Part shown: in pieces, positions 1 through 17,450 of the stretch
Layout: each line of letters starts with the position of its first letter
Position numbering within the stretch: position 1 is the stretch's first letter
NCBI RefSeq assembly: GCF_009914755.1
Contig: NC_060926.1
Length of the DNA stretch: 64,000 nucleotides
From: the human T2T-CHM13v2.0 reference genome, Homo sapiens
Direction: 5' to 3' (one strand)
Made by a program: the position numbers and the translations under genes
Notes under the pieces: generated by a model
Told to the model about the DNA's origin: nothing
Database searches by the model: none
Seen by the model: the letters and a program-made list of their open reading frames with translations, nothing else

Positions 1-617
1 TTCCAGACATCTAAGTTAGTGAAAGTGAAGTAATACAAAATACTTCTTCCTTCATTGATTAATCAATCAGGGTTGTCTTTTTTAAATGGCAGGAGTAAGC
101 AGTTCTGCCATTTAAAATATAAATTGTGTCTCCCTTTGCGGAAGGAATAGAGAAACAAACTCTGGGCACCTACAATCAAACTCCTTTTATTTAGCTTCTT
201 AAAAGTATAATATTCATAATTCCAGCCCCTGTCTTCAGTTAGCATAAGGGATAAACTAAACACATTTGCAGTAAAGAATATTATAGAAAGAATCAAACGC
301 CTCATATTTAGTCTAAATCCTGGGGTAGATAGAGAAGGGGAGAGGGAGAGAGAGCTGTAAAAAAAAACAAAAAACAAAAAACAAAAAAACATATGGTTTA
401 CTAAAAAGTCATAACTCTATAATATTTAAAAACAAATGCAATATTGTTTCATTATCTAGTAAACTGTATTCAAGCCTTGCTAAAGATAAGCTTCCTATTA
501 TAGGCCTTTAAATTAAGGACTTGCTTTGGTAATTAAATGGTAATAATGCAGAATTACATGGAGGTAAATGAAAGCTGAAGAAGTAACATGCTAGCACTTA
601 AAAATGACTTATCCTTA

Positions 618-826
618 ACCCTGTCTCTACAAAAAAAATATAAAAACTTAGCCAGACCTGGTGGGGCACACCTGTATTCCCTCCTCCTCAGGAGGCTGAG
701 GTAGGAGGGTTGCTTGAGCCCAGTGGTTTGCGGCTTCAGTGAGCCATGATCGCACCACCGCTCTCCAGCCTGGGAAACAGTGTGAGATGCTTTCACACAG
801 AAAAAAAAAGAAAAAAGAAAAAAAAA
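618..826 (+). mobile_element. Old Alu, right-arm part (AluJ/FRAM-like)
   Basis: Linker TCTACAAAAAAAATA, then GAGGCTGAGG...CAGTGAGCCATGATCGCACCAC...CCAGCCTGGG and an A tail; strongly diverged. Confidence 0.85.
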
Positions 827-828
827 TT

Positions 829-1132
<304 letters not shown>

Positions 1133-1406
1133 TTAATTTAAAAAACTATTTTTTTTAAGCAGTGGGAAAATTCTCTCCATGATCTAATTCACATGATATA
1201 TTTACTTAGATAAAATATGAATCATAAAAAGATAAACTTTAGGCCACACCTCTATTAAATATAACTTGCTGGGGTTCTGAATCAGAGAAGTTTCAACATG
1301 GTAATGTTTCAAAAGGAAACGTTTCTCTAAGGTGTAAAATTCATACTTTACTGTGTGATCTCAAAATGATCGAAAATTTAAACTTTTTGTTAGAACTTCA
1401 CTTTAA

Positions 1407-1522
1407 GGCTTACCTATAATCCTAACACTTTGAGAGGCCCAGGCAGGAAGATCACTTGTGCCCAAGAGTTCAAGACCAGCCTGGGCAAAATATTGAGACT
1501 TGGTCTCTATTTTTTAAAAAAA
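1407..1522 (+). mobile_element. Alu left monomer fragment (FLAM-like)
   Basis: CCTATAATCCTAACACTTTGAGAGGCC...GAGTTCAAGACCAGCCTGGGC with no right arm. Confidence 0.8.
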
Positions 1523-2001
1523 TAAGAATATTAAATTTAAAAAATTCACTTTAAAAGTATGATTATAATAATTTAAAAGATCAACATTTTAATGTTTTCT
1601 TAAAATTTCAAAATACATACCCAGGTAGGGAAGAGATTGGAAAATGCTAGGATGCTCAAGGACCATAATTTAATTAAGCTAACCTTGCATATGCAGCAAG
1701 CACCTCTAAGTTTGCAAAAAACTAAACAATTACAAGACACAATCCCACTTCCTAAGAGTCTCCCCGTCCTATTAAGGAAATAGGACTAGAAAAATAAATC
1801 AGGAATAGTATAAAGCAATACATGCTAAGGGTCAAAATAAAAATATTAGTAATTATTTCCTACCAGGTTAAGAATATGCACATTGTCATTTTAAAGATTC
1901 TGCCACTGGTGATAGTCAGAATCTTAGTCAGCATCTTTAAAGATGCTAATGTAAAAATACAAATCTTTTTCTACAAATGTACACAGAAACATTATCTTTT
2001 A

Positions 2002-2369
<368 letters not shown>

Positions 2370-3134
2370 TTAGGAAGTTTCCTAAACCTCAGTTCAAAAA
2401 TGACAATTCTGTTCTTTCCGGCTACACATGGGGTGGGCGCCACAGATTTTATATTACCCATAAGTTTCAAAGGAAGTTTCTGTGTTCTTTACTTGGAGAC
2501 CTGTTACAAAAGCTATGTAGGCTTCTAGAGGTCCCACTTCTTTTCACAGCACAAGGCCAAGGCCAGGAGAGCTGACTGGGATGAGTTTATGGGCAGCACA
2601 GAGCACTGGCTACATTCTGATTTAATAGACACTGTCTATCCTACAAAGCAAGCACCGGGTCCAGATGGATTTCCTAGCGAGTTCCACTAAACACTTAGGA
2701 ACCACCTAATTCCAATTTCACATAATAAATGTTTCTAAGGATAAAAAGATAAATAAAAGAGGGAACATATCCTTACTTTATTTTATGAAAGTAGTAGAAA
2801 GTAAAACTTTGATATTCAAGCCAGATAAGGATACAGGAAAAAAGAAAAATCACAGATCATTCTTACTCACAAATAAACCTGCAAAAACACTAAATATTAG
2901 CACACGAAATCCACAAATATATATTAAAAATGCAATATGGCTAAGTTGGGATGCAGTATTGGTTTAAGGAAATAAAATCTGTTTAGCTCACCACATTTAT
3001 AAATTAAAAGAAAAAACTATTTCAAAAGATTCAGAAAAAGCATTAAATAAAATAAATTAATAAATTAAATTAAATTAAATTAAATTTTAAAATCTTTCCT
3101 TTTGAAACAAGGAACAAGAGAAGAATCTGCCATC

Positions 3135-3802
<668 letters not shown>

Positions 3803-3878
3803 CGATCTCAGTTCAACACTGTATTAGGAGTCTTTGCCAGTACCATAAAACAAGAATAGTGATGAAGAATTGAAAACA

Positions 3879-4235
<357 letters not shown>

Positions 4236-5631
4236 TTACATAGAAACCCACAAAAAAGCTATTAGAATTAATGACTTTATAGTTTAATTTTTTTAAAAAC
4301 CAAAGTAGTTTGTATTTCTAGCCCCAAAATTAGATACTTAAAAAAAACTTACAATAGTAGAAAATATAAGGTATGAAAGAATTATCTAACAGATATTTAA
4401 GATCCTTATGGATAAAATAATAAAATTTTATTGTTAGACATTAAGGAAGACCCAAATTGTCATCTTAGAAGGCTTTTCTGCAGAAATTGAAAAGCTGGTT
4501 TTAAATTTTAAATGGAAAGCACAGAACATAGCATAGTCAAAACAGTCTTGAAAATGAAGAACAAAACTGAAGGACCTACACTAACTGATTTCAGAAATTG
4601 CTCTAATACTACAATAATTAAGACATGAGGATAGACCAACAGGTCAAGCCCCAGACTGGGAGAAAAATTTGTAATGCATATATCTGGCAAACGACTCATA
4701 TCCAGAATATAGAAAAACTCCTACAAACTAATAACAAGAAGACAAACATTTTTAAAATGGGCAAATGACTCAAACACTTCACAAAAGGCATATGAATGAC
4801 CAATAAGAACATGAAAAGATGCTCCCTATCTTTAACCGAGATATTTATTTTAAGCCACAATGAGCTATCACTTCACACCTACTAGAAGAGCTACCATTAA
4901 AAAGATCGACAACACCAAATGTTAATGAGGATGTAGAACAACTGGAAATCTCATACGTTGCTGGAAGGAGTTTAAAAGGGTAAACTTTGGAGATCTGTTC
5001 AGCAGTTTTTTATAAACTTAAACATGCATTTGTCCAGTTACACCATGTTTAATATTTCCATTTCTCTTGGGTATATATCTATATCCACAAAAAGACCTGT
5101 ATAAGATATGAGATATGCACAGCAAGCTTATTCATATTACCCAAAAAAAGGGAACGGCTCAGTTTTCCCCACTTACCCCCATTTAATTGTGGCATATTTA
5201 TACAGTGGAATACTACTTAGAAATAAAAAGAAGTAAACTACTGACAAAGGCAACAAATAGATGACCCTCAAAAACACTGAGTGGAAGAAATCATGCCTAT
5301 ATTGTATATTTCCAATTATCTGAAGTTCAAAAGTAGGCCACGCTAATCTATAGCGACAGAAATCAGAACAGTGTTTACTTTGGAAGGAACTAGATGCGTA
5401 AGTGGAAAGGGACACAGTGAACTTTCTGGGTGACAGACATAGTCTGTATTTTATTTAAGGTATTAGCTATGCAAGTGTATGGAATTATCAAAATTCATTG
5501 GCTTGTGCCTTTATGTTCTGTGTATTTTACTGTATGCAAATTATGTTTTTTACAAAAAAAAAAAAAATTCCCCTACCTGATCCAGAGGAAAAAAAAAATG
5601 CCATTCCAATACAAACTCTTACAGGTATAGG

Positions 5632-5633
<2 letters not shown>

Positions 5634-5676
<43 letters not shown>

Positions 5677-5690
5677 AGCGCGCGCACATA
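5634..5690. repeat. (TG)n microsatellite running into (CG)n/(CA)
   Basis: About 19 TG units then CGCGAGCGCGCGCACATA. Confidence 0.95.
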
Positions 5691-5716
5691 ACTCAAAAAG
5701 CAGATTCTAAAATTCA

Positions 5717-6133
<417 letters not shown>

Positions 6134-6348
6134 CTAGCACGAGGACAGACCTAGAGAACACAACTGGGTGCCCAGAAACAGGCCATGCATATGTGGAAAC
6201 TTGAAACCTGACTAGGTTGGCACTGTACATGTGGGGCATATACCGTGTATACACATGTACAGTAAACAGTACTTGTATGTCCATAGGAATACAAGTACAG
6301 TATTTGTATGTACTAGATGTCCATAGAAAATATAAGAAAGCTAGATTC

Positions 6349-6640
<292 letters not shown>

Positions 6641-8251
6641 AGAAAGCTAGATTCCTACCTCACACCACACATCAAAATTATTCCAGGTGATTAATATTCT
6701 TAAGTATAAAAGACATAACTTTGAAACACTGGAAAAAAAGCATGAAAAAATATTCTCATGACCTTCTTAGGGTAAGGGAGAAGTTCTAAAATAAGATATA
6801 AAAAAGCACAAACCCTAAGGAAAAATGATAAATTCTCCCATGTGAAAATGTACTGTTTCTGTTCTTCAAAAGACACCATGAAGAAAGTGAAAAGATAAGG
6901 GGAAAAGGGGGCTAGGGAGAAGACACTGACATCATGTATCTGACTAGAAACATCTGGATGATGTGGGAACTCCTGCAGCAAGAAAGTCAAGGATCTAACA
7001 GAAGGATGGGCGAAATACACAAACAGACCTTTCAATGGAGAGGAAACATGAATATCCAATAAACACGAAAGAACACAACCTGATTAGCACCTGGAATTTG
7101 CAAATTACACCTATAATGATACTTCATTTTCTACCCATTAAATTGACAAATATTTGAAGTCTGACAACATGAGGTGTTCCTAAGAACACAGCACAATGAG
7201 GAGGCTCCACCATGCCAGGGGAAGGTTCGGAGCTGGTAAGGACAGGTTATCATTACCTAGGAAGCCCCTGCCATGACTGAGTAAGCCATGACTCTACTCC
7301 TAGGCATCTGCCTTACTGAGTCTGTTTTGTGCTTACCAGGGCAAAGAAAGTCCACAGCAATCCTGTTTGAGACACAGGAAAACTAGAAACACCTCATGTT
7401 TCCTCCAAAGGCTGAAATACTGTACAGCTGCAAGAGAATGAACTAGAGCCGCCCACAAGGATGAATCTTAAGAGAATCTTAAGGGAATGATGAACACAAA
7501 TCCGGGGAGGATGGGACTGGGTATGGGTGTGCATGAGATTCCCAAGGGTCAGTAATGTTTTATTTCTGAAGCTGAGGGTTGCTTTTATTATGACTCTCTA
7601 TATCTTATACAGATTACAAATATATTTTTATAGGCATTAAATATTAATTAAAAATATACACGTACATGTAGAATGTATAAAATTCTACTCATTTCCCCAA
7701 ACCAGCTTACCCTGGAAATAGAGAAAGAATCTGTTTAATAAACCTGGTAGAATTCACAAACTGTATGTTCCTTGTTAAAAATTTCATTGCATGGAAGCAC
7801 ATTTATCAAACAAATAAGTGATTTATAATTTCTTAGTTTATCTAAATGCAGTGCTTAGCTTATTTTATATCCATATTTAATGGCCATTTCTCAGGATATC
7901 AAAGTCCAATTTGGGGCATTCCATCCATCATTTCCCATAAACATACCCTAGAAGGTAAAGGGAAAGACCAGCATGTGGTAGATGGCTCAGGGGGCGAACA
8001 CCCTGCCCCATGGGCGTGTATACCGTCTGGGGCAGCAGCTTCTGTGAGGCTAGCCCCTTACCTCATGGGCCTCTGTCCCTCTCCCTTCCACTTCCAGGGC
8101 CACATAAGTATCTCCACTCTCAGTTTCAACCAGTTCAAAACTGGTTTTACTATCTTACTCTTCTTTCCATTTCCTCTATACTAAAACTCACCAAGGACAG
8201 GCCTCATTAAAAAAAAGTCACAGCAGGAAGAATAAACGTGGAATGAGAGCC

Positions 8252-8933
<682 letters not shown>

Positions 8934-8934
8934 C

Positions 8935-9150
8935 TATATAAATATTAGCATAATACATATATAAGATTTTAATATATATGTTTAACATATATAGGTATAT
9001 ATGTGTTTAATGCATATATACATATATGTATGTGTGTATATATTTGTTATATAGTGAAATATATATTTGTTATATATTGAAATATATATATTTGTTATAT
9101 ACATACATACATACATGTTATATACACACATACATACACACACACGCACA
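8935..9150. repeat. (TA)/(CATA)/(CA) low-complexity tract
   Basis: Degenerate alternating AT-rich repeats. Confidence 0.85.
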
Positions 9151-10343
9151 ATAGGAAACTCCTAATCTGGTACAGAGATAAATATATTCTGCCAAAAAGA
9201 ATGCTATGACAAACTGGCATTTATTAAAATGGGCTCTTTACCAGTAATTATTCTTGAATCAAAGAATGACACTTTGTTATCTGCTCTACCAAATAATGTC
9301 CACCTGAGAGCCAACTTTAAGCTTGGCCTGGTGTCCTACGTGTCTGCAAAAAACCCTCACATTTTCTAATTACTTCACAGCTTATAAATGAAACAGACTC
9401 TTCAGAAACCTATGCAGCTATATGTGCACCAGAACTTCATCACCCTGGGGGAGGAACCGCAAAAACTCAGCCCTATAATAGAAGGCACTGTCCTATGAAT
9501 AAGCTAAAAATTAATTCTGTATCTGCATTTTAAAAAGGACACACTACCTCAAGTAAGATTTGTTATTTTCTCATTTTACAGCAAGAAGTTTTTTTTTTTT
9601 CTTTATGATAGTCCATCAAAAATGAATAGAGATCAAGTGGTCATTCTAACATTTGGACCAAAGCCAGGTCAGATCTGAAGGCAATGCAGAAAGGAGGCAG
9701 GAATGTGGGCCACACACCTGAAACACTAGGTCATTATCCTCCTTATAACATACCAGAAGGTAGTTCCCTGCCCAAAAGATAAACTCCAGACTCAGCTTAA
9801 GAAGCACAGCCCTTAAAATTTTAACCTCAGCCAACCTTTCCTCCTTTATTTAGTAAGAAAAATTATAGCTATTAACCTATTCTTATTGTTCCATAATATC
9901 AGTCTCTTATTGTATAAGCTACAATCAGTTCGGAATTGCTGCTGAGTTCCAAAGAGCCTGTAAGTGTCCAAGGCACTCCACAAACCAAGCAGTTGTCAAA
10001 AGGGATTTCAGTAAACACTACTCTCTAGATACCTTTCCAAAGGATTAACACTATGAGTCAGAAAATAGTTACCATTAACTACAGTGGTGGGATCGAATTT
10101 AACAACGTAATAATCCCTAAAGGAAAACACACTGCCTCCTTCTCATCTGTCGCTAGTCCATATGAAAAGTAGCAACGTCTGGTGGACAAGGGCAGCCTCA
10201 GAATGGGCTCTGGGGGACGGCACAGATTCCCACACACTGGACTTCCTCTGACTGGCTGATGGCAGGGATCCTGGCTTTAGGCATGAGTATCTTTCTTTCT
10301 TTGCATCTTCCTACAATTTACAGTTTTTGTATAAATACAATGA

Positions 10344-10710
<367 letters not shown>

Positions 10711-10827
10711 TAGAAAAAAAAATGTTTCTCTGAGAAGCAGTTTCTCAATTAACCTGGATAAACATATCTACTAAGACCATGAAGCCATAGACAGATAGCA
10801 ATGTCCATCACAGGGGAAAACTGAACA

Positions 10828-12020
10828 CAGTGGCGTGCTGCATAATGACATTTCCATTAACAACAGACAGCATCTACAACAGTGGTCCCATAAGGTTATA
10901 ATGGAGTTGAACAATTCCTATCACCTAGTGACAATCTAACTGTTGGAACATTGTAGCAAAATGCATCACTCATGTGTGGTGTTGCTGGCGTACACTAACC
11001 TACTGCAGTGCCAGTCGTTGAAAAGTCTAGCACATTCAATTACATACAGTATGTAGTACTTGATATAATAATAAATGACTATGTTACTGGTTTATGTATT
11101 TACTCCACTACCCTTTTTATCATTATTTTAGAGCGTACACCTACTTATGCAGGAAAAAATAAGTTAATTGTAAAACAGTCCTTCAGGAGGACTCCAGAAG
11201 AAGAAATTGTTATCACAGACAACAGCTCCACACATGTTACTGCCCCCGAAGACCTTCCAGTGGGACAAGATGTGGAGGTGGATGACAGGGATAAGGATGA
11301 TCCTGACCCTGTGCAGGCCAAGGCTAATGTGTGTGTGTTTGTGTCTTCATTTTTAACCAAAAAGTTTAAAGAAAAAAAAAGAAAGAAAAAACTTATAGAA
11401 TAAGCATATAAAGAAAATATTTTTGTACAGCTATACATGTTTTCAGCTACATGTTATTACAAAGAGTGAAAAACTTTTAAAGAAGTTTATAAAGTCAAAA
11501 AGTTACAGTAAGCTCATTTATTACTGAAGAGAAGTATTTTTAGAATAAATTTAGTGTAGCCTAAGTGTACAATATTTACAAAGTCTATGGTACTGTACAG
11601 TAATGTTTTAGGCCTTCACTTTCACTTGCCACTTACTCACTGACTCACCCAGAGAAACTTCCAGTCCTGCGAGCTCCATTCACGGTAAGTGCCCCATACA
11701 GGTGGACCCTTTTTTTAGTATTTTATACAGTATTTCTACTATCCCTTTTCTGTGTTTAGATGTGTTCAGATACACACATACTTTGGTGTTACAAGATTCT
11801 CTTGTGCTTAGAGATTCAGGACAGTAGCATGCTGTATAGGTTTGCACCCTAGGAACAATAGGCCATACCCATATAGCTTAGGGTATGAAGCTATACAGGT
11901 GTATAATACACTGTACCATCCAGGTTTGTGTAATTCACTCTATGATGTTCATATGATGACAAAATTGTCCCATGGGAGATTTCTCAGACCATAACCTAGT
12001 CATTAACTGATGCATGACTG
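10828..12020. mobile_element. Tigger3-family (TcMar, MER7/Tigger3b-like) non-autonomous DNA transposon, ~1.2 kb
   Basis: Degenerate terminal inverted repeats CAGTGGCGTGCTGCATAATGAC ... GTCATTAACTGATGCATGACTG followed by TA; internal GGTCCCATAAGGTTATAATGGAG resembles Tigger3 consensus as I recall it. Confidence 0.8.
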
Positions 12021-12920
12021 TATATCATATATTAGCTCTAAAAACCAAACCTATAAGTGAACTGACAAAAGTTGCCATAGATCCTAACAGCCTTTGAGAG
12101 GGATGGGGGGCAGACAGAGCTTGGCACACTTCAGCCGTTCACAGCTCCCAATCAACCAGTTAGGATGCTGGTGCCATATAATTAGGAGAGAAAGCTAAAT
12201 CACCGAGGACTCAGCCAAAAGCAAACCATGGTGGTGAGGAGGAAGGTGAAGGAAAAGGGTGGTATGCAACACAGTGGGACACCTTGCCTTATTCCCCATG
12301 TTTTTTGAGGCTGGTCCTGAGAAGTTTAAGAGAGAAAGACTCAGAAGCATGCATTGGAGGCCAGTTTTCTTGTGGTCCCAGTGATGGTGGCTCTTGTGAC
12401 GCCTGGATGAGGAGGGAGAGCCTGGAAAAGTCAGGTGGTGACTTCAGTAGAGGGGGCGGGGGGATGTGCTGACACCCACCTCTGGCTTTGTCAGCTTCCT
12501 GAAACAGAAACAGCGTGGGCAGCTGCCAAGGGACCTGCTGCTCAGCCTCTATCTCTGCGACCCCTTGGGACTCAGTGCAAACTCAGACCTTCCTATCTCC
12601 CTTTGGCACAGGCACCAACCTCATGCCCATTCTTCCTCTCCTGACCATCATATCGTGGGTATTGAGCAGGACAGGCAGGTATGACTGGACACTTTTTTTT
12701 GCAGGCAGCAGGGAGTGAAGGCTTGAAAACCTCTATTTCCCATGCTGCATTCCTGACTGAATGAAGAGCCAAATCACAGCCTCAAAATTCTATATTGGGT
12801 GAGAAAAGGCAAACCTTGCCAGCAATATTCTCCCACTGCAAGCTACCTTCAGATGCAGTGTTTGTGCTAAATGAGTGAAATGAGATGTCAACAAAAGTCC
12901 CTACTAGAAAACAAACTGCC

Positions 12921-13124
12921 AAACACCTCCAATTCCCATGGGGGGTTTGATAGGCTCTCTGACAATCACTGAAGTCCCATCTGAAAAATGCATTTTGGTA
13001 GGTTTACGGGTTGACTTAAAGTCTTGAGATACTGATGTGGTTTTCTTAAATGTGTTGTTTCTATAGATTGTGAAGGTGATTGTCAGAGAGCATCTCGAAT
13101 CCCCCATGGGAATTGGAGGAGTTT
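12921..13124. repeat. Inverted repeat / fold-back element, family not recognised
   Basis: Arms 12921-12969 and 13076-13124 are reverse complements at 44 of 49 positions with no gaps. Confidence 0.9.
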
Positions 13125-13129
13125 AGATA

Positions 13130-13510
13130 AATCCAAACTGAGGGATGGTCTACAAAATCTCTCACACCCTTTCAAGCGTGTTAAGGTCACGAAAAAAGAG
13201 GAAAGGCTGAGGAACTGTCACAGATTAGAAGCCAAGAATAAGTGACAATTAAATGCAAAGTGGGGAAACTGGATCAGAAAAAGGATCCTGGAACAGAAAA
13301 AAGACATTAAGCAGAAAAACGGGTGAAATTCAAATACTGTGTGCACTTTATAGTGGTATACTAGCACTAATTGATTCATTTTGATCATTATACTACAGCC
13401 ATACAAGACGTTAACAAAAGAGGAAGCTGGGTAAAGTGTATTCATGAATTCTGCACTATTTTGCAACTCTTAGGTAAGTCCAAAATTACTTCAAATTTTA
13501 AAATGAAAAT
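13130..13510 (+). mobile_element. Old L1 3' end fragment (L1MC-type)
   Basis: AAGGCTGAGGAACTGTCACAGATT...GGATCCTGGAACAGAAAAAAGACATT...TTTTGCAACT. Confidence 0.7.
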
Positions 13511-14109
13511 GTAATCGTGGTATATTGGGTAATTATCTCACCTTAGAGTGATCAAGAAATAGAAAAGAAACCTGGGAATCTCCTTTTCTAGCAGGAAAGG
13601 AAACAGTCATAAGACTGTGTCAGTGACTAAAAAGGACAAGCATGAACCAATACCCATCAGTCCAGCCCAGGACTGCGCTAGCACACTCTGGGCTACTGGA
13701 GCCTTTTTTATTGAGCCACTTTTAGAGGTGATTTTTCTCCAGCCAAGTGTCCTCGCTTAAAATTACAAGCATGAATAATACCCATAAGTTAAAAGTTTTT
13801 TTTTCCTTCTGAAAATGCATTTCAGAGGAGAGTTTGGGAGTTTTACTCATTTGGAGTCTTTCCCCTGACAGAGGGGCTGAGATTGGGTTGGGGTGAATGT
13901 GAGCTGACTCCTGCTGTGTTCAGAATTGGATATACCATGAGCTTTGGGAGAAGCAGTTAAGTGGGGGACTCTGAGGGTGGACACTCAGGCTGGGAAGGAG
14001 CACAGCCCCTCAGTAATAAGGATCAAGGCCCCAGAGCGAAACTGGGCCACCCCGGCAGTGAACTGTGGTAAATGTGGGCACGCTGCATAGCAGACATTCC
14101 CGACATTAA

Positions 14110-14680
14110 TCTGGGAATCCTGAGCTCTGCTTGTTGCTTGGTCACTTCCTGATGATCTTAGGCAACTCACTAAGAGGCTTTGTCTGGGCCTGTGTTCTCT
14201 ATAAAACAGAAATTTGGACTGGGCTGTGTGCTTCTCCTATACCATTCTCCAGCTACTTCTGGATGAAGAGGAAGGGAATGGAGGTCTTGAAAGGTGGAAG
14301 AGTCATGCTGGTAAGTAGAGAGCTGGGATTCCAACCCAGGTAGTCAGCTCCAAAGCACACATCCTTAATCAGATGCCACACTGGCTCCCAAGGCCAATGC
14401 TGCCCCAAGCCTGGATGATGGATGGCACCCATAGGCTGCAGCCCTGGCTGACACCCTGACTGCCCCCTCAGGAGAGCCCCAAAACTGGGTTTGGTGGGAT
14501 ACTGCACACTCGATATAGCATTATCCTTTCGTTCTTACCTTGACGCTGAGAGGTGGACATTATTATGGAGATACAGAGATCTTAGGTGGCTTGCTCAAGG
14601 TTACCTGGCTACAAGGTGATGAAACAGGGCTTTGACCCTAGTTTTTGTTCGTGACTCCAAGGCCATATTCTTATTGATTG
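14110..14680. mobile_element. Cluster of short MIR fragments
   Basis: MIR core-like text such as GATCTTAGGCAACTCACTAA and GGCTTGCTCAAGGTTACCTGGCTA. Confidence 0.55.
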
Positions 14681-15344
14681 AGGGGAACAAGTATGATTTC
14701 AGATCCTCTCCTAGAATTCAGTTCTGAACAAAGCAACAACTCTCAGCAGGAGGCCACTATGGTACTTAGAGTGGCATGCTGCTGCAGTTCCTGAGGAGTC
14801 TGCTATTGCTTCCCCACCGTGAGTCTAGAAGAGGAATCCTGTGGCTCTATCTGCTTGCTGAAATTCAGACACAGAATAGTATGTTGACACAGTTCTCTAC
14901 TAACATAGTAATCTACCAAAACAGGATACACATTTATGTGACAGCAACTGCTTTTCCTGAGCTGCACCCCATGCTGGTCCCGTGTTCTTCTCTAAGTCCC
15001 ACAGCCATCTGTTGAATGACTCAATCTTGAAATTTGTCAGGAATCAACAATAAATTTACTGGCTTGTACAAAAGTCAACTTTTCCCCCCTTTGAAAATGA
15101 AGATACTGCTTGACAACCATTTTATGTTATCTTTTGCACTCATGCAACAGAGACAGCAAGATTAGTTATAGTGCAATGAACCTGCTCTGATAATCTGCAA
15201 GAGTATCTAAAAAAAGAGGATTAAAAAAAGACAGTTAAGGTCTAATATCTAACTTGTCATCTTAATATTATCATGATGTATATTTAATATATGTAACTAT
15301 TCATAGTTGGTATCCTTTTTACTGGGCAATACTAATCAAAATTA

Positions 15345-15470
15345 TTTAAATACATATAAACATATATTTATATACACACACATATATACACATACTATAT
15401 ATGGTGTGTGTATACATACATATGCATAAGGGTGTATGTGTGTGTGTATGTACATATATATAATATACAT
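15345..15470. repeat. (TA)/(CA)/(TG) low-complexity tract
   Basis: Alternating purine-pyrimidine degenerate repeat. Confidence 0.8.
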
Positions 15471-15621
15471 CCTATAAGAGTACCATCAGCAGTTAGAATT
15501 AAAAGGGTTTAGGAAGAGAAGTGGGAGGTAGAAGAAGAGCAGAATAGAAATATGGCATTTACTTCATAACATCTTCCTCAATACTGAACCTTCAAACAGC
15601 CACAAAAAATTATCGAGTACT

Positions 15622-15922
15622 GGCCAGGAGCAGTGGCTCATGCCTATAATCCCAGCACTTCGGGAGGCCGAGGCAGATGGATTGCTTGAGCTTAGGAGTT
15701 CAAAACCAACCTGGGCAACATGGTGAAACTCTGTCTCTATAGAAGAATACAAAAATTAGCCGGGCATGGTGGCATGTGCCTATAGCCCCAACTACTTGGG
15801 AGGCTAAAGTGGAAGGATCACTTGAGCCTGGAAGATGGAGGTTGCAGTGAGCCAAGAACACGACACTGTACTGTAGCCTGGGTGACAGGGTGAGACCCTG
15901 TCTCAAAAAAAGAAAAAAAAAA
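15622..15922 (+). mobile_element. Full-length Alu (older, AluJ-like) with TSD
   Basis: AAAAAATTATCGAGTAC / AAAAAATTATTGAGTAC flanks. Confidence 0.93.
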
Positions 15923-16467
15923 TTATTGAGTACCTACAGGACTTGATAGTCCATAATATCCAGTCAGTTGTCATCTTTAAATATGTGATTTTTTCCTTAA
16001 ATCTTTAACTTTTTCAACAGCAGTTACTTGACTATCAAGAAAAGATCTTGATTTCAAATCATCTGCAAGATTTCATAATTCACTTTTCATGAGGCACTTA
16101 AAGTCATTTGGGGTAGCACCAAATTAAGTTGTTACTCTACATTCATTTAGTAGGTATTTATTTTTTTAAATAAAGAAAAACGAGTCAGGTTTGCTACAGA
16201 GATGAGTTGTAAAGTCTGAGCCAAATTATTCGGCAGTATCCAAACACCTGGCTGCCACAAATGACTACTTTAATGTATTTCTAATGAGGGCTGGATTCAG
16301 ACCAAGACGAAGACACTTAACCCATTAAGTAAAATTTCTTCAAGTTTTCTTAAAAGATCACAAATTTGTAATATTAGCATGAAGGAATAAGCCAAATAAC
16401 TTCATTTTTTTTTTCCTAACAGAAATGTTAGCTGCATATCAGACCCAGAAAATACAGCAAGTTTTTT

Positions 16468-16878
<411 letters not shown>

Positions 16879-17224
16879 TTACAAATCCCTGTCTCTGGAG
16901 GGTTTAAGCTGAGGTTAGATTGGTCCTGGGATTCCTGCAGTGGTGAAAACGCTCTGCCTCCAATGCTATGACAAGAGGACTGCCATGCACAATCATGAGT
17001 GTAGAAGAAAAGGCAGAGTGAATGAAGGCTAACAGTGGCACCTCACCTCTCACCCAATTCAATTGTGTAATGCAAACCTTGATGCACATAGCAAATTGGA
17101 ATTCAGAACCCACAAGTCTAACTCCAGAGTAAATCATTTGTTAGGTTAACAATTACTCAAAACATAAAACTACATATTTTCAGAGCTGAGGGAGACCTGG
17201 CTCTACATCCTCATTTATATTTGT

Positions 17225-17450
17225 CAGCAATAATTTATTGAGCACCTACTAAATGCCAGACCCTGTGCCGGATCCTTTCCAGGCACAATTTCTTATTAGA
17301 ATTCATGTGCCTTTTCTAATATTATCCCTATTTTGATGGAGGAATTTGAGACTCAGAATGTCCAGCAAATTGCCCAAAGGTCACAGGAAATGGCAGAGGC
17401 AGGATTTGAACCCACACTCCACATTCATTACCACCACAGAGCATCACTCC
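17225..17450 (-). mobile_element. L2 tail plus MIR fragment
   Basis: TTTATTGAGCACCTACTAAATGCCAG (L2 3' end, antisense); TTGCCCAAAGGTCACAG...GGATTTGAACCC (MIR). Confidence 0.65.

Noticed and set aside
8003-8036. Small hairpin CTGCCCCA...TGGGGCAG
   Set aside because: An 8-bp stem is expected by chance in 64 kb, and there are no supporting RNA-family motifs
11008-11403. 131-aa ORF with an acidic patch
   Set aside because: Lies inside a non-autonomous Tigger3-type element, starts at GTG, and shows no recognisable transposase catalytic motif
12978-13066. Intron-like GTAGGT...TTTCTATAG inside the fold-back loop, and the paired peptides VIVRE...PMGIGGV on both strands
   Set aside because: No flanking coding exons; the peptide similarity follows trivially from the inverted repeat
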